Part shown: positions 47,027-56,242 of the stretch, piece after piece
Layout: each line of letters starts with the position of its first letter
Numbering within the stretch: the first letter of the stretch is position 1
Assembly (NCBI GenBank): GCA_027340875.1
Contig: DAIENX010000007.1
Location: 96,001-160,000, forward strand
DNA: 64,000 nucleotides
Direction of reading: 5' to 3'
Origin: Elusimicrobiota bacterium
Lineage (GTDB): Bacteria > Elusimicrobiota > Elusimicrobia > Elusimicrobiales > UBA9959
Notes under the pieces: generated by a model
Seen by the model: the letters and a program-made list of their open reading frames with translations, nothing else
Told to the model about the DNA's origin: nothing
Database searches by the model: none
Program-made: the position numbers and the translations under genes

Positions 47027-47293
47027 TTAGAACCCGCCGGAGCCGCCGGAACCGTCCGGATCGGAGCCGCCGCCGGAATCGTCGCTCCCGCCGCCGCAGC
47101 CGCCGTCGTCGGTGGAGTCGTCCGGCCCGCCGTTCCCTCCGTCATCATCGTAGCCGTCGGGATCCCCGGAGCCGGTGCCGTCGGGCGTGGAGCCGGCCGC
47201 GAAAGCCGCCGGGCAGAGCGGGCCCGTCAGGACAGCGAAGCCGCCCAGAACGACCGCCAGAGTCATCAGAACCGCCGCAAAAAGTTTCCTCAT
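47027..47293 (-). CDS. Small secreted Gly/Asp/Ser-rich protein
   Basis: SD GGAGG, signal peptide, low-complexity acidic tail, own terminator. Confidence 0.7.
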   Translation of the reverse strand: MRKLFAAVLMTLAVVLGGFAVLTGPLCPAAFAAGSTPDGTGSGDPDGYDDDGGNGGPDDSTDDGGCGGGSDDSGGGSDPDGSGGSGGF

Positions 47294-47399
47294 ATACCCT
47301 CCAGTCAGGAAATGTTAGCAAACCGCCGGCCCGCGCCGCATTGACCTAGGACAGGTCTCAGCGGGCCCTGTCAATGGAGACACGCTCCGGAAACGGCCG

Positions 47400-47669
47400 C
47401 TAATCCCAGCCCATGGAATCCATCTCTTTGTCCGACGTAAAAGCGGCCTGGGAGGCCTCTGGTTCTGTTTTTCCCGGCGCGGAGGGGGGGAGCGGCCCGG
47501 GCGCGGAGGCGGCGGACGCCGTCCCCGCCAGCGCGGAGGCCGGCACCGCCCAGTTCCTCCCTACGCGTATGGCCGGCATGCTGCCCGCCTTGACGCGCTT
47601 AAAAACGGCGATGCGGCTGACGCCCAGCAAAGCGGCAGCCTCGGGAATAGAGTAGTACTCCCTTGCCAT
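47400..47669 (-). CDS. Excisionase-family (HTH_17-like) DNA-binding protein
   Basis: YYSIPEAAALLGVSRIAVFKRVKAGSMPAIRVGRNWAVP. Confidence 0.85.
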   Translation of the reverse strand: MAREYYSIPEAAALLGVSRIAVFKRVKAGSMPAIRVGRNWAVPASALAGTASAASAPGPLPPSAPGKTEPEASQAAFTSDKEMDSMGWD

Positions 47670-47678
47670 CCTTCAGAT

Positions 47679-47757
47679 ATTAACTTATGTTAACCTTAAT
47701 TTCAATAAAAAAAATCAACATCAACCCTTGCCAGCAATCTAGTTAACTTTAGTTAAC
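47679..47757. promoter_or_regulatory. Pair of TTAAC-N4-GTTAAC palindromic operators
   Basis: ATTAACTTATGTTAAC (47679-47694) and GTTAACTTTAGTTAAC (47742-47757). Confidence 0.6.
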
Positions 47758-47846
47758 CAGAAAATAAGGGCCCGCCATACCGTCACCAGCCCGCACCGCG
47801 CGCAGGAGAAAATGCCCCAGGCCGAAAAATTTATATACTATGAGCG

Positions 47847-48839
47847 ATGCGTATCCTTATATTAGGAGGCACCCGCTTCTTCGGAAGGGAAACGGCGATA
47901 CGCCTGCAGAAAGCCGGCCACGAGGTAACGGTGTTCTCCCGCCGCGTCCCGGTGGACGGCCTGCCGCTGGACATACGCCAGGCCAGGGGGGACCGCGCGG
48001 TGGAGATAGACCTCAACCGCATGGCCGTGGAGCCCTGGGACGCCATAATAGACAACATCTGCTACAGCGGCGAGGACGCGCAAAAGGCCGTAAAGGTATT
48101 CAGCGGGAGGACCGGCATATACCTGTTCACCTCCTCAGCCTCGGTATACCCGATCTTCGAGGGAGCGGTTTCGCCGTACCGCGAGAACCTGACGGACCTG
48201 CTGCGCCTGAAGGAACCGCTCAAGGAGAAATACGCCTACGGCCTCGGCAAGCTCGCCGCCGAAAGGGAGTTCCTGAAGGCTTTCGCCGAGAAGAAGTTCC
48301 CGGCCGTCGTGGTCCGGCCGCCAATAGTCATCGGCCCGGGAGACCCGACGCTCCGGGCCTATTCCTACTGGCTGCGGCTGGCCGACGGCGGGCCGCTGCT
48401 GCTGCCCGGCTCCTATTTCCGCAGCCGCTACGTGTTCTCCCGGGACCTGGCCGGGGCCATAGAGACGCTGATCGGTTCCGCCGGGCATTGCGGCAGGGTC
48501 TTCAACATCGCCGGAGCGGAACAGCTGACGCTGGAGGATTTCGCCAGGATCTCCGCCCGGATAATGCATAAGGACGCGGAGCTGCTCTGCCCGGACCACG
48601 CCTGGCTGAAGGAGCGGGGCTTCGACTTCTCGGCCTCGCCGTTCTCTTCGGGCGGGGACTTCGTGCAGGACATCTCGCTGGCCGAAAAGGAGCTGGGCTG
48701 GAGCCCGACTCCGGCGGCGGAGTGGATAGAGGAAACGATACACTGGCAGCTGTTCAGCTACACCGGCCCGGCGCCGAAGAACTACGCCGGCCGCAAGCGG
48801 GAGCTGGAACTGGCCGCTGAATGGAAGGCAAGGACATGA
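47847..48839 (+). CDS. NAD-dependent epimerase/dehydratase family protein
   Basis: ILGGTRFFG, FTSSASVY, YGLGK (YxxxK) and VRPP..IGPGD motifs. Confidence 0.88.
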   Translation: MRILILGGTRFFGRETAIRLQKAGHEVTVFSRRVPVDGLPLDIRQARGDRAVEIDLNRMAVEPWDAIIDNICYSGEDAQKAVKVFSGRTGIYLFTSSASVYPIFEGAVSPYRENLTDLLRLKEPLKEKYAYGLGKLAAEREFLKAFAEKKFPAVVVRPPIVIGPGDPTLRAYSYWLRLADGGPLLLPGSYFRSRYVFSRDLAGAIETLIGSAGHCGRVFNIAGAEQLTLEDFARISARIMHKDAELLCPDHAWLKERGFDFSASPFSSGGDFVQDISLAEKELGWSPTPAAEWIEETIHWQLFSYTGPAPKNYAGRKRELELAAEWKART

Positions 48840-49435
48840 CCACCACCGAAAGAGCGGGAAAGATAAAGATATTCCTGATGGACGTGGACGGGGTGCTGAC
48901 GGACGGGAAGATGTACTACGTCCCCGGCCCGCGGGGGATGATAGAGTTCAAGGGTTTCCACTCGCTGGACGGCATAGGACTGCGCCTGCTGAACCAGTTC
49001 GGGGTGCTGACCGGCGTGATCACCGGACGCGAGTCGCCCTCCACCGAGGAGCGCGCGGCGGGCCTCGGCATGTCCTACGCCTACCAGGGCTTCCTGTCCA
49101 AGGTGGAGCCGCTGCGGAAAATACTCGAGGATACCGGCCTCAAGCCCGAGAACGTGGCCTACATGGGGGACGATCTCACAGACCTGCCGGTGCTGCGGCT
49201 GGCGGGGCTGCCCTGCGCGCCCGCGAACGCGATACAGGAGGTGAAGAGGGCCTCCCGCCTCGTCACGAAGCGCGAAGGCGGAGCCGGCGCCGTGCGCGAA
49301 GTCTGCGATCTCATACTCAGGAGCCAGGGGCGCTGGGCGGAGGTGATGCGCTGCGTGGAGACGGCCCACTGGCCGCCGGTTCGCGGCGCCGGCCTGAAGA
49401 TAGTGCGCCAGTCCGGGAAAAGGGGGAAGAAATGA
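48836..49435 (+). CDS. kdsC: 3-deoxy-D-manno-octulosonate 8-phosphate phosphatase
   Basis: [25 protein letters not shown] and GGAGAVRE motifs. Confidence 0.9.
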   Translation: MTTTERAGKIKIFLMDVDGVLTDGKMYYVPGPRGMIEFKGFHSLDGIGLRLLNQFGVLTGVITGRESPSTEERAAGLGMSYAYQGFLSKVEPLRKILEDTGLKPENVAYMGDDLTDLPVLRLAGLPCAPANAIQEVKRASRLVTKREGGAGAVREVCDLILRSQGRWAEVMRCVETAHWPPVRGAGLKIVRQSGKRGKK

Positions 49436-49887
49436 AGCTGCTCTGCGGCGCCGCGCTGGCGCTGGCACTGGCCGGGCCGGCCGCTGCCTCGTTCGACGAA
49501 TGGGAACCCGAGGCCTCCCAGCAGGCCGACGAGGCCCAGGCCGGGGAGGAGGACGGCGCCCAGCCGCTTCTCCAGGAGAGCGGAGAGGACCTGGCTGATT
49601 TCGTCACCGACTACATACGCAAGGACATACAGCTCAAAGGGGCCTTCTTCATCGAGGACAAGGCCGCGAAGAAGGTCCTGAAGCTTTCGCTGCTGGCCGT
49701 AGGAACGGAGACCTCCGACGGAGAGAACGGCTCCAGGGCCGTTACCGCGCGCTTCAAGGACGCCGGCGGCGCGGAGTTCTCGGTGCTGTTCTGGCTGCGG
49801 GACGCGCCGTGGGGCGGCCTGGACATCTTCAGGCTCGAGCTTAAAGCCTCCAAGCCGGCGCCCGCCGCCGGGAAGGGGAAAAGATGA
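49432..49887 (+). CDS. Hypothetical secreted protein
   Basis: Signal peptide; overlaps both neighbours by 4 bp. Confidence 0.65.
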   Translation: MKLLCGAALALALAGPAAASFDEWEPEASQQADEAQAGEEDGAQPLLQESGEDLADFVTDYIRKDIQLKGAFFIEDKAAKKVLKLSLLAVGTETSDGENGSRAVTARFKDAGGAEFSVLFWLRDAPWGGLDIFRLELKASKPAPAAGKGKR

Positions 49888-50570
49888 AGGGGCAGTTCCT
49901 GACGGCTTTCGGGGCCGGGCTGGCCTCCTTCTTCTCCCCGTGCATACTGCCGCTGCTGCCGGCCTACCTCTCGATGCTCTCGGGCTTCTCCGCCGGCGAG
50001 ATAACGCGCGGCGACGCGAAGGTGTCCGTGAAGAAAGTAATGGGCAACGCCGCGCTCTTCGTGACCGGCTTCACGCTGGCCTTCGCCGGCCTGGGCGCGG
50101 CGGCCTCGGGCATAGGCGCGCTGCTGTACGACTACAAGTACGTCCTGATGAAGGTCTTCGGCGTGGTCATGGTGCTGCTCGGCGCGCACATGACCGGCCT
50201 GCTGAACCTGAACTTCCTCAACTATGAGAAGCGCCTTTCCACCCGGGGACTGGCGCAGGGCCCCGTGGGCTCCTTCCTGGCCGGCTTCGCCTTCGCGCTG
50301 GGCTGGTCGCCGTGCATAGGGCCCATGCTCGCCTTCATCCTCGGCATGGCCGCTGCCTCCGGCACCGCCGCCAAGGGAGTGGCGCTGCTGCTGGTCTATT
50401 CCGCCGGCCTGGCCGTCCCGCTGCTGGCGGCGGCGGCCCTGACCGCCGAGTTCTTCTCCTTCATAGCGCGCTGGCGCGGGGCGATGCGCTGGGTGGAAGT
50501 GGGCGCGGGGGTGGTGCTCGCCGCTGCCGGCGTGCTGCTGTTCCTGGACAAGCTGATGGTTATGGGTTAA
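49884..50570 (+). CDS. ccdA: Cytochrome c biogenesis / thiol-disulfide transporter CcdA
   Basis: SFFSPCILPLLPAY and GWSPCIGP motifs. Confidence 0.92.
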   Translation: MKGQFLTAFGAGLASFFSPCILPLLPAYLSMLSGFSAGEITRGDAKVSVKKVMGNAALFVTGFTLAFAGLGAAASGIGALLYDYKYVLMKVFGVVMVLLGAHMTGLLNLNFLNYEKRLSTRGLAQGPVGSFLAGFAFALGWSPCIGPMLAFILGMAAASGTAAKGVALLLVYSAGLAVPLLAAAALTAEFFSFIARWRGAMRWVEVGAGVVLAAAGVLLFLDKLMVMG

Positions 50571-50586
50571 GTTCCGCGGCGGACCT

Positions 50587-51162
50587 TCAGGAGAATTTCC
50601 TGGAGCCGGGTTTCACCACCGGGGTTCCGGAAGCGCAGAGCGGGCATTTGTCAGGCTGATAGGCAGTCAGGCCCAGCCTTAGCAGGCTCAGCGCCGGGAA
50701 CGGCAAAGTCCTTTCGCCCATCCGGTTTATCACCGACATGGCTCCGATAGTTTCGGCGCCGGCGGCGGCGGCGACCGCGGCCGTCTCCAGCGTGGACTTC
50801 CCGGTGGTGAAGACGTCCTCCACGATGACGATCCGCGCGCCCTTCTTCAGCGAGAACCCGCGGCGCAGCGTCATCAGGTTGTTCTCCCTCTCCGTGAAGA
50901 TGAAATCCACGCCGAACGCGCGGGCCACCTCGTGCCCGATGATCAGGCCGCCCATAGCCGGGGAAAGGACCAGGTCCGGCCTGGCCCCGCTCCAGCCTGC
51001 TGCCAGCGCGGCCCCCATGCGCCCGGCCCAGGCCGGGTTCTTGAGCGCCAACGCGCACTGGACGTAATTGGGGCTGTGCAGCCCGGAGGAGAGCAGGAAG
51101 TGCCCCTCGAGGAAGGCGCCCGAAGAGGCCAGATAGCTCCTGAGTTCTTCCTCGTCTATCAT
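50587..51162 (-). CDS. pyrE: Orotate phosphoribosyltransferase
   Basis: GHFLLSSGLHS, PAMGG and VEDVFTTGKS motifs; follows pyrF. Confidence 0.95.
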   Translation of the reverse strand: MIDEEELRSYLASSGAFLEGHFLLSSGLHSPNYVQCALALKNPAWAGRMGAALAAGWSGARPDLVLSPAMGGLIIGHEVARAFGVDFIFTERENNLMTLRRGFSLKKGARIVIVEDVFTTGKSTLETAAVAAAAGAETIGAMSVINRMGERTLPFPALSLLRLGLTAYQPDKCPLCASGTPVVKPGSRKFS

Positions 51163-51836
51163 TTCAGGTCCTCCAGTATGCCCGCCGCGGCCGCGGCCGG
51201 ATCCCCGGCCGCTATTATCGGGCGCCCCACTACTATGAAATCCGAGCCGGCCTCCCTGGCCGCCGCCGGCGTGACCGCGCGCTTCTGGTCGTCGCCCAGC
51301 GCGGCGGGCCTGATGCCGGGGGTGATCAGCTTGATGCCCGCCCCGTGGAGCTTCCTGAGCTGGCCGGCCTCCAGCGGCGAGCAGACAACGCCGTCGGCGC
51401 CGCTATCCAGGCCGAGGGCCGCCAGGTTCCTGACGGTCTTGGCTATGCCGCAGCGGTAGCCGGCGCGGAACAGGCCGTACTCGTCGAAGCTGGTCAGCAC
51501 CGTGATGCCCCAGAGCTTCGGGCGCTTCTCGAGCTCCGCGCAGGCCTTCACCATCTCCGCGCCGCCGGAAAGATGCAGCGAGACGGAGTAGACGCCCATC
51601 GCGGCGGCGTTGCGCACGGCGCCTTTTACGGTGTTGGGGATGTCGTGGAACTTGAGGTCCAGGAAGACGCGCCCGCCGTGCTTGTGGACGAGGTCCACCG
51701 CCGCGGGCCCCTCCGCGGTGAACAGCACCGAACCTATCTTGAAGAACTTCACGCGCCCCTCGAGCTTCCGCAGAAGCGTCTCGGCGGACTTCAGCGTGTC
51801 CGTGTCCAGCGCGGCTATCAGTTCGGTCTTGTGCAT
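51159..51836 (-). CDS. pyrF: Orotidine-5'-phosphate decarboxylase
   Basis: FLDLKFHDIPNTV, TVLTS, TPGIRP, DDQKR and VVGRPI motifs. Confidence 0.96.
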   Translation of the reverse strand: MHKTELIAALDTDTLKSAETLLRKLEGRVKFFKIGSVLFTAEGPAAVDLVHKHGGRVFLDLKFHDIPNTVKGAVRNAAAMGVYSVSLHLSGGAEMVKACAELEKRPKLWGITVLTSFDEYGLFRAGYRCGIAKTVRNLAALGLDSGADGVVCSPLEAGQLRKLHGAGIKLITPGIRPAALGDDQKRAVTPAAAREAGSDFIVVGRPIIAAGDPAAAAAGILEDLK

Positions 51837-51881
51837 AGGGGGAGCGGATTAATTATATAAAATCGCCCGCCTCCCCGCCGG

Positions 51882-52928
51882 CTAATCCCGGGAACCGGGG
51901 CGCCAGCCGCTGCGGCGGAGATGGTCGAGTATCTCCTTGACTATGAACGGCCCCTCGTAGACGAGGCCGGAGTAGACCTGCACCAGGTCCGCGCCCAGGC
52001 GCAGCTTCTCCCTAGCGCTCGGGCCGTCGAAAATGCCGCCGGATCCTATGATGGGGACGCGGCCCTTCACCAGCGCGGCGGTCTTGGCCAGCACCGCGCT
52101 GGAAAGCTCCCTGAGGGGGCGGCCGCTGAGGCCTCCCTCGTACGCCTTCCAGCGCTGCGGCACGGCCGCCCGGTCCACCGTGGTGTTGGTGGCTATCAGC
52201 CCGAACCCTTTCTCCACGGCCAGCGCCGCGGCGCCCTCGAGATCGGCGTCCTCCAGGTCGGGGGCTATCTTGACGAAGAAAGGCTTGGTCTTTTTGCAGC
52301 CGGCCGCGAAGTCGAGCATCGGCTCCACGAGCCGGCGCAGCTTCTCCCCGCGGTGCAGCGAACGCAGCTGCAGCGTGTTGGGCGAGCTGATGTTGACGGC
52401 GAAATAGTCGCCGAACTCGTACATCACCTTCAGCGTCTCCAGGTAGTTCCTGGGGGCGTCCTCGAGGGAGCAGTCGGCGTTCTTGCCCACGCTGATGCCC
52501 ACCGGCACAGGAAGCGGCAGCAGCTTCTCCAGCGACTTGGCCGCGGCCCAGGCGCCGGAGTTATTGAAGCCCATGCGGTTGATTATGGCCCCGTCGTCGC
52601 GCAGCCTGAACAGGCGCGGCTTGGGATTGCCGGGCTGCGGCCGCAGCGTGACCGTGCCGAGCTCGAGGAAACCGAAACCGAGGCCGGCGAGGAAGCGGGC
52701 GGCCTCGCAGTTCTTGTCGAAGCCGGCCGCCAGGCCCACCGGGTTGCGGAACTTCAGCCCGGCCGCGCGCACCGGCATGTCGGCCGAGCGCGTCAGGAAG
52801 CGGAGCACGGAGTTGAACAGCTCGACGTGCTGCGTCGAGCGCGCGGTCCTGATAAGCGAGTCGTGGACCAGCTCCGGGTTGAGAGCGAAGAGTATGCGCC
52901 TTACAAGCTTCCGGTAGAGGAATCCCAT
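51882..52928 (-). CDS. pyrD: Quinone-dependent (class 2) dihydroorotate dehydrogenase
   Basis: NPVGLAAGFDKN, PQPGNPKPRLFRL, INRMGFN, NISSPNT and GGLSG motifs. Confidence 0.95.
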   Translation of the reverse strand: MGFLYRKLVRRILFALNPELVHDSLIRTARSTQHVELFNSVLRFLTRSADMPVRAAGLKFRNPVGLAAGFDKNCEAARFLAGLGFGFLELGTVTLRPQPGNPKPRLFRLRDDGAIINRMGFNNSGAWAAAKSLEKLLPLPVPVGISVGKNADCSLEDAPRNYLETLKVMYEFGDYFAVNISSPNTLQLRSLHRGEKLRRLVEPMLDFAAGCKKTKPFFVKIAPDLEDADLEGAAALAVEKGFGLIATNTTVDRAAVPQRWKAYEGGLSGRPLRELSSAVLAKTAALVKGRVPIIGSGGIFDGPSAREKLRLGADLVQVYSGLVYEGPFIVKEILDHLRRSGWRPGSRD

Positions 52929-52964
52929 AGCAGTCCTACAATTCTAGCAAATGACGGGAACCGT

Positions 52965-54236
52965 TCAGCGGGAAGAGAAGACGACATTCCCGGCGAGGAC
53001 GGTCAGCGCCGGCCAGCCGCTCAGCCGCCGGCCCACGTAGGGGGAATTGGACGAGCGCGAGACGAACGAGGAAGGCACGCGCCTGACGGAGGAAGGGTCC
53101 AGCACCGTCACGTCCGCGTCGAAGCCGGCGGCCAGCCTGCCCTTGCGCGCGAGACCGAGCAGCCCGGCCGGGTTGAGCGACGTGAGCGCGGCCAGGCGCT
53201 TCTTCGGCAGCCCGTTGGCCCGCACGAGGACGGTCACGCACAGGGGCGCCAGCGTCTCGAGGCCGATTATGCCGAACGGCGCGCGGGCGAGCCCGCGGGC
53301 CTTCAGCGCGGCCTCGTGCGGGGCGTGGTCGGTGGCGATAACGTCAATGGTGCCGTCGAGAACGGCGCCCAGCACCGCGTCCCTGTCGGCGGGGGAGCGC
53401 AGCGGCGGCTTCATCTTGAAGGAGGCGTCGTCCTTCCTTATGTCCGAGTCGCTCAGCGTGAAATAATGAGGGCAGGTCTCGCCGGTCACCTTCCAGCCGC
53501 AGGCTTTGGCCGCCCGCAGCGCGGCAACGGAGGAGGCCAGGCTCAGGTGCTGCAGGTGTATGGGCCCTGCGGCGGAAGCGGCGAGGAGGTCGGCCAGCAC
53601 CGCGTTCAGCTCGGCCGCCGGCGGTATGCCGGGCACGCCGAGCCGCCGCGAGGCGGGCCCCTCGTTTATCGCTCCGGCGCCGGTCCTGGAAAAGTCCTCC
53701 GAGTGGTTCAGCAGCGGCGTCCCGAGCGCGGCGGCGGAACGTATGAGCCCCGGCAGCAGCCGCGGCGGTATGGCGGAGCCGTCGTCGGTGAACGCCGCGG
53801 CGCCGGCCTTCTTCAGCGCCGCCAGGCGCGAAGGCGAACGCCCGGCACGGCCCGAGGTGGCCGCGGCGGAAAAATAGAGGTTGGCCGGCAGGCCGGCGGC
53901 CCTGGCCCTGTACCTGCGCAGCAGAGCCGGCGAGTCCATCGGCGGTGAGGTGTTAGGCATCAGCAAAGCCGAAGTAACGCCGCCGGCCGCTGCGGCCGCC
54001 GCGGCGCTGGCCAGCGTCTCGGCTGCCTCGGCCCCGGGCTCCCTGGCATGCACGTGCAGGTCCACGAAGCCCGGGAAGACCCAGAGGCCGGACGCGTCGA
54101 ACTCCCGGCAGCCGGCGGGGGGGCGTATCCTGCCGCCGGCGCGGACTATGCCGGATCCGGAAAGCAGCAGGTCGCCCCGCCTCTCTCCGGAGACCGGGTC
54201 CACCAGCAGGCCGTTCTTTATCAGGAGACCGCTCAT
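52965..54236 (-). CDS. pyrC: Dihydroorotase
   Basis: DLHVHAREPG, MPNTSP, FTDDG, KMKPPLR and ATDHAPH motifs. Confidence 0.93.
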   Translation of the reverse strand: MSGLLIKNGLLVDPVSGERRGDLLLSGSGIVRAGGRIRPPAGCREFDASGLWVFPGFVDLHVHAREPGAEAAETLASAAAAAAAGGVTSALLMPNTSPPMDSPALLRRYRARAAGLPANLYFSAAATSGRAGRSPSRLAALKKAGAAAFTDDGSAIPPRLLPGLIRSAAALGTPLLNHSEDFSRTGAGAINEGPASRRLGVPGIPPAAELNAVLADLLAASAAGPIHLQHLSLASSVAALRAAKACGWKVTGETCPHYFTLSDSDIRKDDASFKMKPPLRSPADRDAVLGAVLDGTIDVIATDHAPHEAALKARGLARAPFGIIGLETLAPLCVTVLVRANGLPKKRLAALTSLNPAGLLGLARKGRLAAGFDADVTVLDPSSVRRVPSSFVSRSSNSPYVGRRLSGWPALTVLAGNVVFSSR

Positions 54237-54892
54237 TTAACCGGGCTGGTCCGGGCGGGCAGGCCCGCGGCCGGAGAGCTCTCTATGGTGACCTGCCGGG
54301 GGCCGAAAGAGCTGTCGCTCTCCCGGTACGCGACCAGTTGCAGCCCCGCCAGCAGCAGCAGCGTAGCCCAGACGACGTGCAGCGCCCGCTTAGGGCTGAA
54401 GCCGTGGGCGGTCTTGGCCAGCACCGCCAGCAGCAGCGCTCCGCCGATGGCCGAATGCCTCGCCAGCACCTCGCGCCAGGCGGCCTCGTTCACGCGGCTG
54501 GCCATCATGAAGTACAGGCACGCGGCGAAAGCCAGCAGGCCGAGGAAGGTCGTCTGCCAGCCGCCGCCCTCACGGCCGACGGCCACCCTTGTCAGCAGGC
54601 TCAAGCCCGCGCCGGTGAAGAGGCAGGCGAAAGCGATGAACAGATAGAAGCCGCGCCGCAGGTTCAGCGCGGCGGAAAGCTGCTCCAGGCTGCCGCCGCC
54701 CGGGTAGGCCACCATCACGGCCAGCATGGCCACCCCGGATATGGCCAGCGCGAAGCCGGCGGCCAGCGCGGCCCCGCGGCCCTTGTTGTCCAGGGCGTAG
54801 GCCTCGGCGGCGCCGAGCAGTATCAGGGCCGCGCCCTGCAGCGAGTGTATCAGGTTGGAAGCGCGGGTGAAATCAGCGTAATCTATGGTCAT
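54233..54892 (-). CDS. Hypothetical integral membrane protein
   Basis: About six TM segments; overlaps both neighbours. Confidence 0.65.
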   Translation of the reverse strand: MTIDYADFTRASNLIHSLQGAALILLGAAEAYALDNKGRGAALAAGFALAISGVAMLAVMVAYPGGGSLEQLSAALNLRRGFYLFIAFACLFTGAGLSLLTRVAVGREGGGWQTTFLGLLAFAACLYFMMASRVNEAAWREVLARHSAIGGALLLAVLAKTAHGFSPKRALHVVWATLLLLAGLQLVAYRESDSSFGPRQVTIESSPAAGLPARTSPVK

Positions 54893-55275
54893 TTCTTCTT
54901 GCCACGCCGGGTCGGCCCGGAAAGATAGAAATACAGACCGGAGACGCCGGTGCCGATGAACAGCAGCCAGAGCGGGCTGGAAAGGCCCGGCGCTCCGGAG
55001 ACCGGAACCTCGGGAGCTGGGGCTGAAGCCGGCTCAGGAGCGGGTGTCTTCGCGGCCTCTTTCTCCGGCTTGGGCTCCGCCTGCCTCATGGCCGCGCGCG
55101 TTTTGCCGGCCGCGGACGTCGCTGGAGGCAATGGCTCCCGCAGCGAGGCGGCGACGAACGGGGAGGTCCGCTTGGAGCCCGCGGAACAGGCGTCGGCGCT
55201 CTTCGCGCAGCCGGGATCCGCGGCGCGCAGCGCGGGAGCGGCCAGCAGCAGGGCGAGGATAAGCGTAGTTTTCAT
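54889..55275 (-). CDS. Small exported protein with C-terminal membrane anchor
   Basis: Signal peptide, CxxxxxxC, Pro/Ala-rich linker, C-terminal TM then RRGKKK. Confidence 0.65.
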   Translation of the reverse strand: MKTTLILALLLAAPALRAADPGCAKSADACSAGSKRTSPFVAASLREPLPPATSAAGKTRAAMRQAEPKPEKEAAKTPAPEPASAPAPEVPVSGAPGLSSPLWLLFIGTGVSGLYFYLSGPTRRGKKK

Positions 55276-55826
55276 GGCTTGTTGTAGGAGGAGAACTGGT
55301 CTTTGGTCTTGCGCGGACGCGGGGCGGGGTTTTCGGCCGGGTAGCCTACCGAGATGAGCACCTGTATGCGGCGCCCGGGACCTACGCCCAGGGCTTTGCC
55401 GGCCGCCTTAGCGTTGAACCAGCCCAGCCAGCAGGTCCCCAGCCCCTGCTCCGCGGCGGCCAGCACGAAATGCTCGGCGGAGATTCCGACGTCTACCAGA
55501 CGGAAATTGGTGTCCTGCACCTGGTTGCCGAGCCAGGCTGTCAGCTTCCCGGTGTCCGAGACCACGGCGACCATTACGGGCGCCTTGGCGGCGAACTTGC
55601 AGGCGGCGTAGACCCCGCTGAAAGCGGCCGCGCAGAACTTCTCCTTCAGGACGGGCTCGTCTATCACGACGAAGCGGCAGGGCTGGGCGTTGCAGGCCGA
55701 CGGGGCCAGCCTGGCGGCCTCCAGGCAGATGTCCAGCTTCGCCCTCTCCACGGGGGCGGGACTATAGCTGCGGATGCTGCGGCGCGCGGCCGCGAGCGCC
55801 AGGAAGGGGGAACGCTGCATTCCCAT
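55272..55826 (-). CDS. Nitroreductase family protein (alternative start 55820)
   Basis: RRSIRSY, ARLAPSACNAQP, GLGTCWLG and VGYP motifs. Confidence 0.92.
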   Translation of the reverse strand: MGMQRSPFLALAAARRSIRSYSPAPVERAKLDICLEAARLAPSACNAQPCRFVVIDEPVLKEKFCAAAFSGVYAACKFAAKAPVMVAVVSDTGKLTAWLGNQVQDTNFRLVDVGISAEHFVLAAAEQGLGTCWLGWFNAKAAGKALGVGPGRRIQVLISVGYPAENPAPRPRKTKDQFSSYNKP

Positions 55827-55870
55827 ATTTTATAATATAGCGTGGCCTTATTGGCCGGGAGGCTAGCGCT

Positions 55871-56209
55871 ATGAACGACTGGAAGGACAACGTGGATTTC
55901 GCGATGACCGTGTGCGACGCCGAGGGGAAGATAACGCTGATGAACGCCAAGGCCGCCGCCACCTTCGCCAAGAGCGGCGGCGCGGAGCTGGTGGGCAAAA
56001 GCCTGCTCGACTGCCACCCGGAACCTTCGAAGACGAAGCTTAAAGACCTGCTCTCCTCTCCGCGGCTCAACGCCTACACGATAGAGAAGAACGGCGTGAA
56101 GAAGCTTATCTACCAGGCGCCGGTGATGGAGGGAGGAAAGCTCGCCGGCATAGTGGAACTCTCGCTGCCGCTGCCCGCCGAAATGCCGCACTTCGTCCGA
56201 AAACCCTGA
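55871..56209 (+). CDS. Stand-alone PAS domain protein
   Basis: SD GGAGG; TVCDAEGKITLMN, LVGKSLLDCHP and YTIEKNG.KKLIYQ motifs. Confidence 0.8.
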   Translation: MNDWKDNVDFAMTVCDAEGKITLMNAKAAATFAKSGGAELVGKSLLDCHPEPSKTKLKDLLSSPRLNAYTIEKNGVKKLIYQAPVMEGGKLAGIVELSLPLPAEMPHFVRKP

Positions 56210-56242
56210 TGCCGGCAACGCCGACCGGCGCAGTTTCCAGGA

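Noticed and set aside
47400..47669. Prophage or ICE suggested by the excisionase-like gene
   Set aside because: No integrase, att repeats, phage genes or GC shift around it.
47847..48839. Epimerase as the ceramide reductase CerR
   Set aside because: Generic extended-SDR motifs, 33 kb from the spt-like gene; nothing specific supports it.
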